Below are positions 62,508 through 64,000 of a DNA stretch of 64,000 nt, piece by piece. The stretch lies in assembly GCA_905209865.1 (NCBI GenBank), contig CAJLUP010000001.1, positions 16,229 through 80,228 on the forward strand, read 5' to 3'. Source of the DNA: an uncultured Lachnospiraceae bacterium. GTDB taxonomy: Bacteria > Bacillota > Clostridia > Lachnospirales > Lachnospiraceae. The notes beneath the pieces were generated by a model that saw only the letters and a program-made list of their open reading frames with translations, searched no databases and was not told where the DNA came from. A program made the translations under genes and the position numbers. How positions within the stretch are numbered: position 1 is the first letter of the stretch; each line of letters opens with the position of its first letter.

Positions 62508-63305
62508 TTGGAGAAGTTTTCAGAGAAAAGTTTATTATCGCTTGGAGATTATTATGTCTATAGTCTGATTGATCCCAGGAATAGGAAAATATTTTACATT
62601 GGCAAGGGAACCGGAAATCGGGTTTTTGAACATGAATTGGAAAGTCAGGGAAGTCCAGAGAGCGAAAAGTTGAAGTTAAAGATGATAGCAGAGATTAAAT
62701 CAGCTGGTTTGGAAGTTGAAAAAGTTATTATTAACTGCAATCTGACAGAAGCGGAAGCATTTGCGGCAGAAGCGGCACTAATTAATGCGTTTAATTATGT
62801 TGAAGATACCAGGTTAACAAACATTGTTGCAGGACATCATTCGGCGGAGGCTTTGACAGTAGATGATTTTGAAAAGATATATGGAGCAGAAGAGTTACAA
62901 GAATCAGATATTCGGCACAAAGTAATGATTATTAAGATAAATAAACTTTATCAAAAAGGGATGACGGAAGATGTTCTGTATGATTCGGTACGTGGTATTT
63001 GGCGAGCATCACTAGAACGCGCGAAGACTGTAGAATATGTTTTTGGGGTTTATAATTCGTTAATAGTTGCGGTATATAGACCGACAACGTGGTATGTTTG
63101 TAAAGAAGCATTAGAAAAGTTGCCAAAGCATGTTGCACAGTTGACTTCGAAAATGGAGAACAGAGTATTTTTTATAGATGAAGGATTTGAGAATCATGAG
63201 TTGTTGGACGAAGCGGGGAAGTTTTATTTGTATAAATCCATTGCTGGTTTGAAAGTGAATCAGAGCGCACAGAATCCGATTACATATTTAGATACTAAGA
63301 AATAG
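62508..63305 (+). CDS. LEM-3-like GIY-YIG nuclease domain protein
   Basis: YYVYSLIDPR...IFYIGKGTGNRVFEH, conserved E (AEAALI) and LTN; TTG start after AAGGAG. Confidence 0.82.
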   Translation: MEKFSEKSLLSLGDYYVYSLIDPRNRKIFYIGKGTGNRVFEHELESQGSPESEKLKLKMIAEIKSAGLEVEKVIINCNLTEAEAFAAEAALINAFNYVEDTRLTNIVAGHHSAEALTVDDFEKIYGAEELQESDIRHKVMIIKINKLYQKGMTEDVLYDSVRGIWRASLERAKTVEYVFGVYNSLIVAVYRPTTWYVCKEALEKLPKHVAQLTSKMENRVFFIDEGFENHELLDEAGKFYLYKSIAGLKVNQSAQNPITYLDTKK

Positions 63306-63430
63306 AGCAAGATCCACCCTGGTATTGCCATATCACAATTTTTAGCATATGGATACCAAGAGTGATCTTATGATGGAACATCCACGTACCCGTTGATTGG
63401 TTACATATAGAAAAATTAAATAGAGGTTTA

Positions 63431-63463
63431 TAGAGCATCTGACAAAGTTGGGTGCTCTTATTT
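63431..63463 (+). terminator. Terminator downstream of the GIY-YIG gene
   Basis: AGAGCATCTGAC / GTTGGGTGCTCT followed by TATTTT. Confidence 0.55.
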
Positions 63464-63573
63464 TGTTCAAAAAAGAAAATTTTCCACGAAATGTTGCGAT
63501 TATATTTGTGAAAGCTAGTGAAAGAACGACAGGAACATGGTGTGAGTGTTACAATTATTAAAACAGAATGGTA

Positions 63574-63639
63574 AAATCGCAAATAAGGAAGCATTTAGTG
63601 TGCCGATTGCTGAATTGGCTTTGTTAGGTGCAGGAGTAG
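63574..63639 (+). pseudogene. Relic fragment of a homolog of the 61241 gene
   Basis: 55/66 nt identical to 61365-61430; IANKEAFSVPIAELALLGAGV vs IANKKTLSVPIAELALLGTGV. Confidence 0.75.
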
Positions 63640-63800
63640 AAATGTCTGTTTTGATGAAAATGAATGGCAGCAATAAGAGAGAAGAGCTTGCGGCAGATAA
63701 AAGTCATGATATGAAAGAAATTTTGGAACTATAGGACTATTTCTTCTGAAGGTTTCATAGAAATGGACAAAGAGTACAGGAAGGGAGGTAGTTGTTTATC

Positions 63801-64000
63801 GTGGCAAGGCAAAAATTGAATTATCGATTTCATAATCCGAATACGGTAGAAGCTACCGCCGATTACATATTGAAAATTTTTATGGAAGTGAATGAAAAGA
63901 AGGTGGAGCGGGTGATAAAAGGGGCTGCAGAGAAGAATTTGGAAGAGAATGCTATAGAAATGTATACAATAGGTGAAAAAAACAAGAACAAAAGAATTAT
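63801..64000 (+). CDS. Small hypothetical protein (YRFHNPN type), 3'-truncated by window edge
   Basis: GGAGG RBS, GTG start, MARQKLNYRFHNPNTVEATADYILKIFMEVNEKKVERVIK... open to the end of the window. Confidence 0.7.
   Translation, partial: MARQKLNYRFHNPNTVEATADYILKIFMEVNEKKVERVIKGAAEKNLEENAIEMYTIGEKNKNKRI

Larger units (their letters stand above)
60895..64000. mobile_element. Left part of a putative element integrated in spoIIID (runs past the window edge)
   Basis: Abrupt loss of SpoIIID homology, visibly AT-richer sequence and codon usage, non-core cargo genes; recombinase not visible in window. Confidence 0.6.

Noticed and set aside
63346..63354. CATATGGAT, identical to 60891-60899, considered as attR
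   Set aside because: Only 9 bp, part of a local hairpin, and not followed by SpoIIID C-terminal coding sequence.
1..64000. CRISPR arrays, tRNA/rRNA genes, IS transposases, integrase
   Set aside because: No regularly spaced repeats, RNA gene signatures or transposase/recombinase ORFs were recognised within the window.

Overview
A 64-kb chromosomal window from a spore-forming gut clostridium (gene content and order suggest Lachnospiraceae; inference). About 60 kb is housekeeping and sporulation backbone: tatD-rsmA, gltA, asnS, a yhaO/yhaN-like pair, cca, cotS-like, pgm, hup-yabO-yabP-yabQ-divIC-spoIIE-tilS-hpt-ftsH, a GH13, pdxK, map, aroK, murA, SAM-I riboswitch-metK, a two-component system, ktrBA, argF, birA, an osmoprotectant ABC transporter and a cation:proton antiporter. 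Two carbohydrate loci are embedded: a LacI/GH4/ABC/amidohydrolase/BadF-kinase cluster with three operator-like palindromes, and an AraC/ABC/GH112 (GNB/LNB phosphorylase) cluster. The most notable feature is missed by the ORF track: at 60780 a sigmaE-type promoter and RBS lead into the 5' half of spoIIID, which breaks off after about 42 codons and runs into an AT-richer foreign segment (a 410-aa unknown protein, a LEM-3-like GIY-YIG nuclease, a relic gene fragment, and a small YRFHNPN ORF at the window edge). This looks like the left end of an element integrated in spoIIID, possibly a skin-like developmentally excised element. The recombinase and the 3' half of spoIIID are not in the window, so this remains a hypothesis. 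All assignments come from motif recognition by eye; no searches were run.
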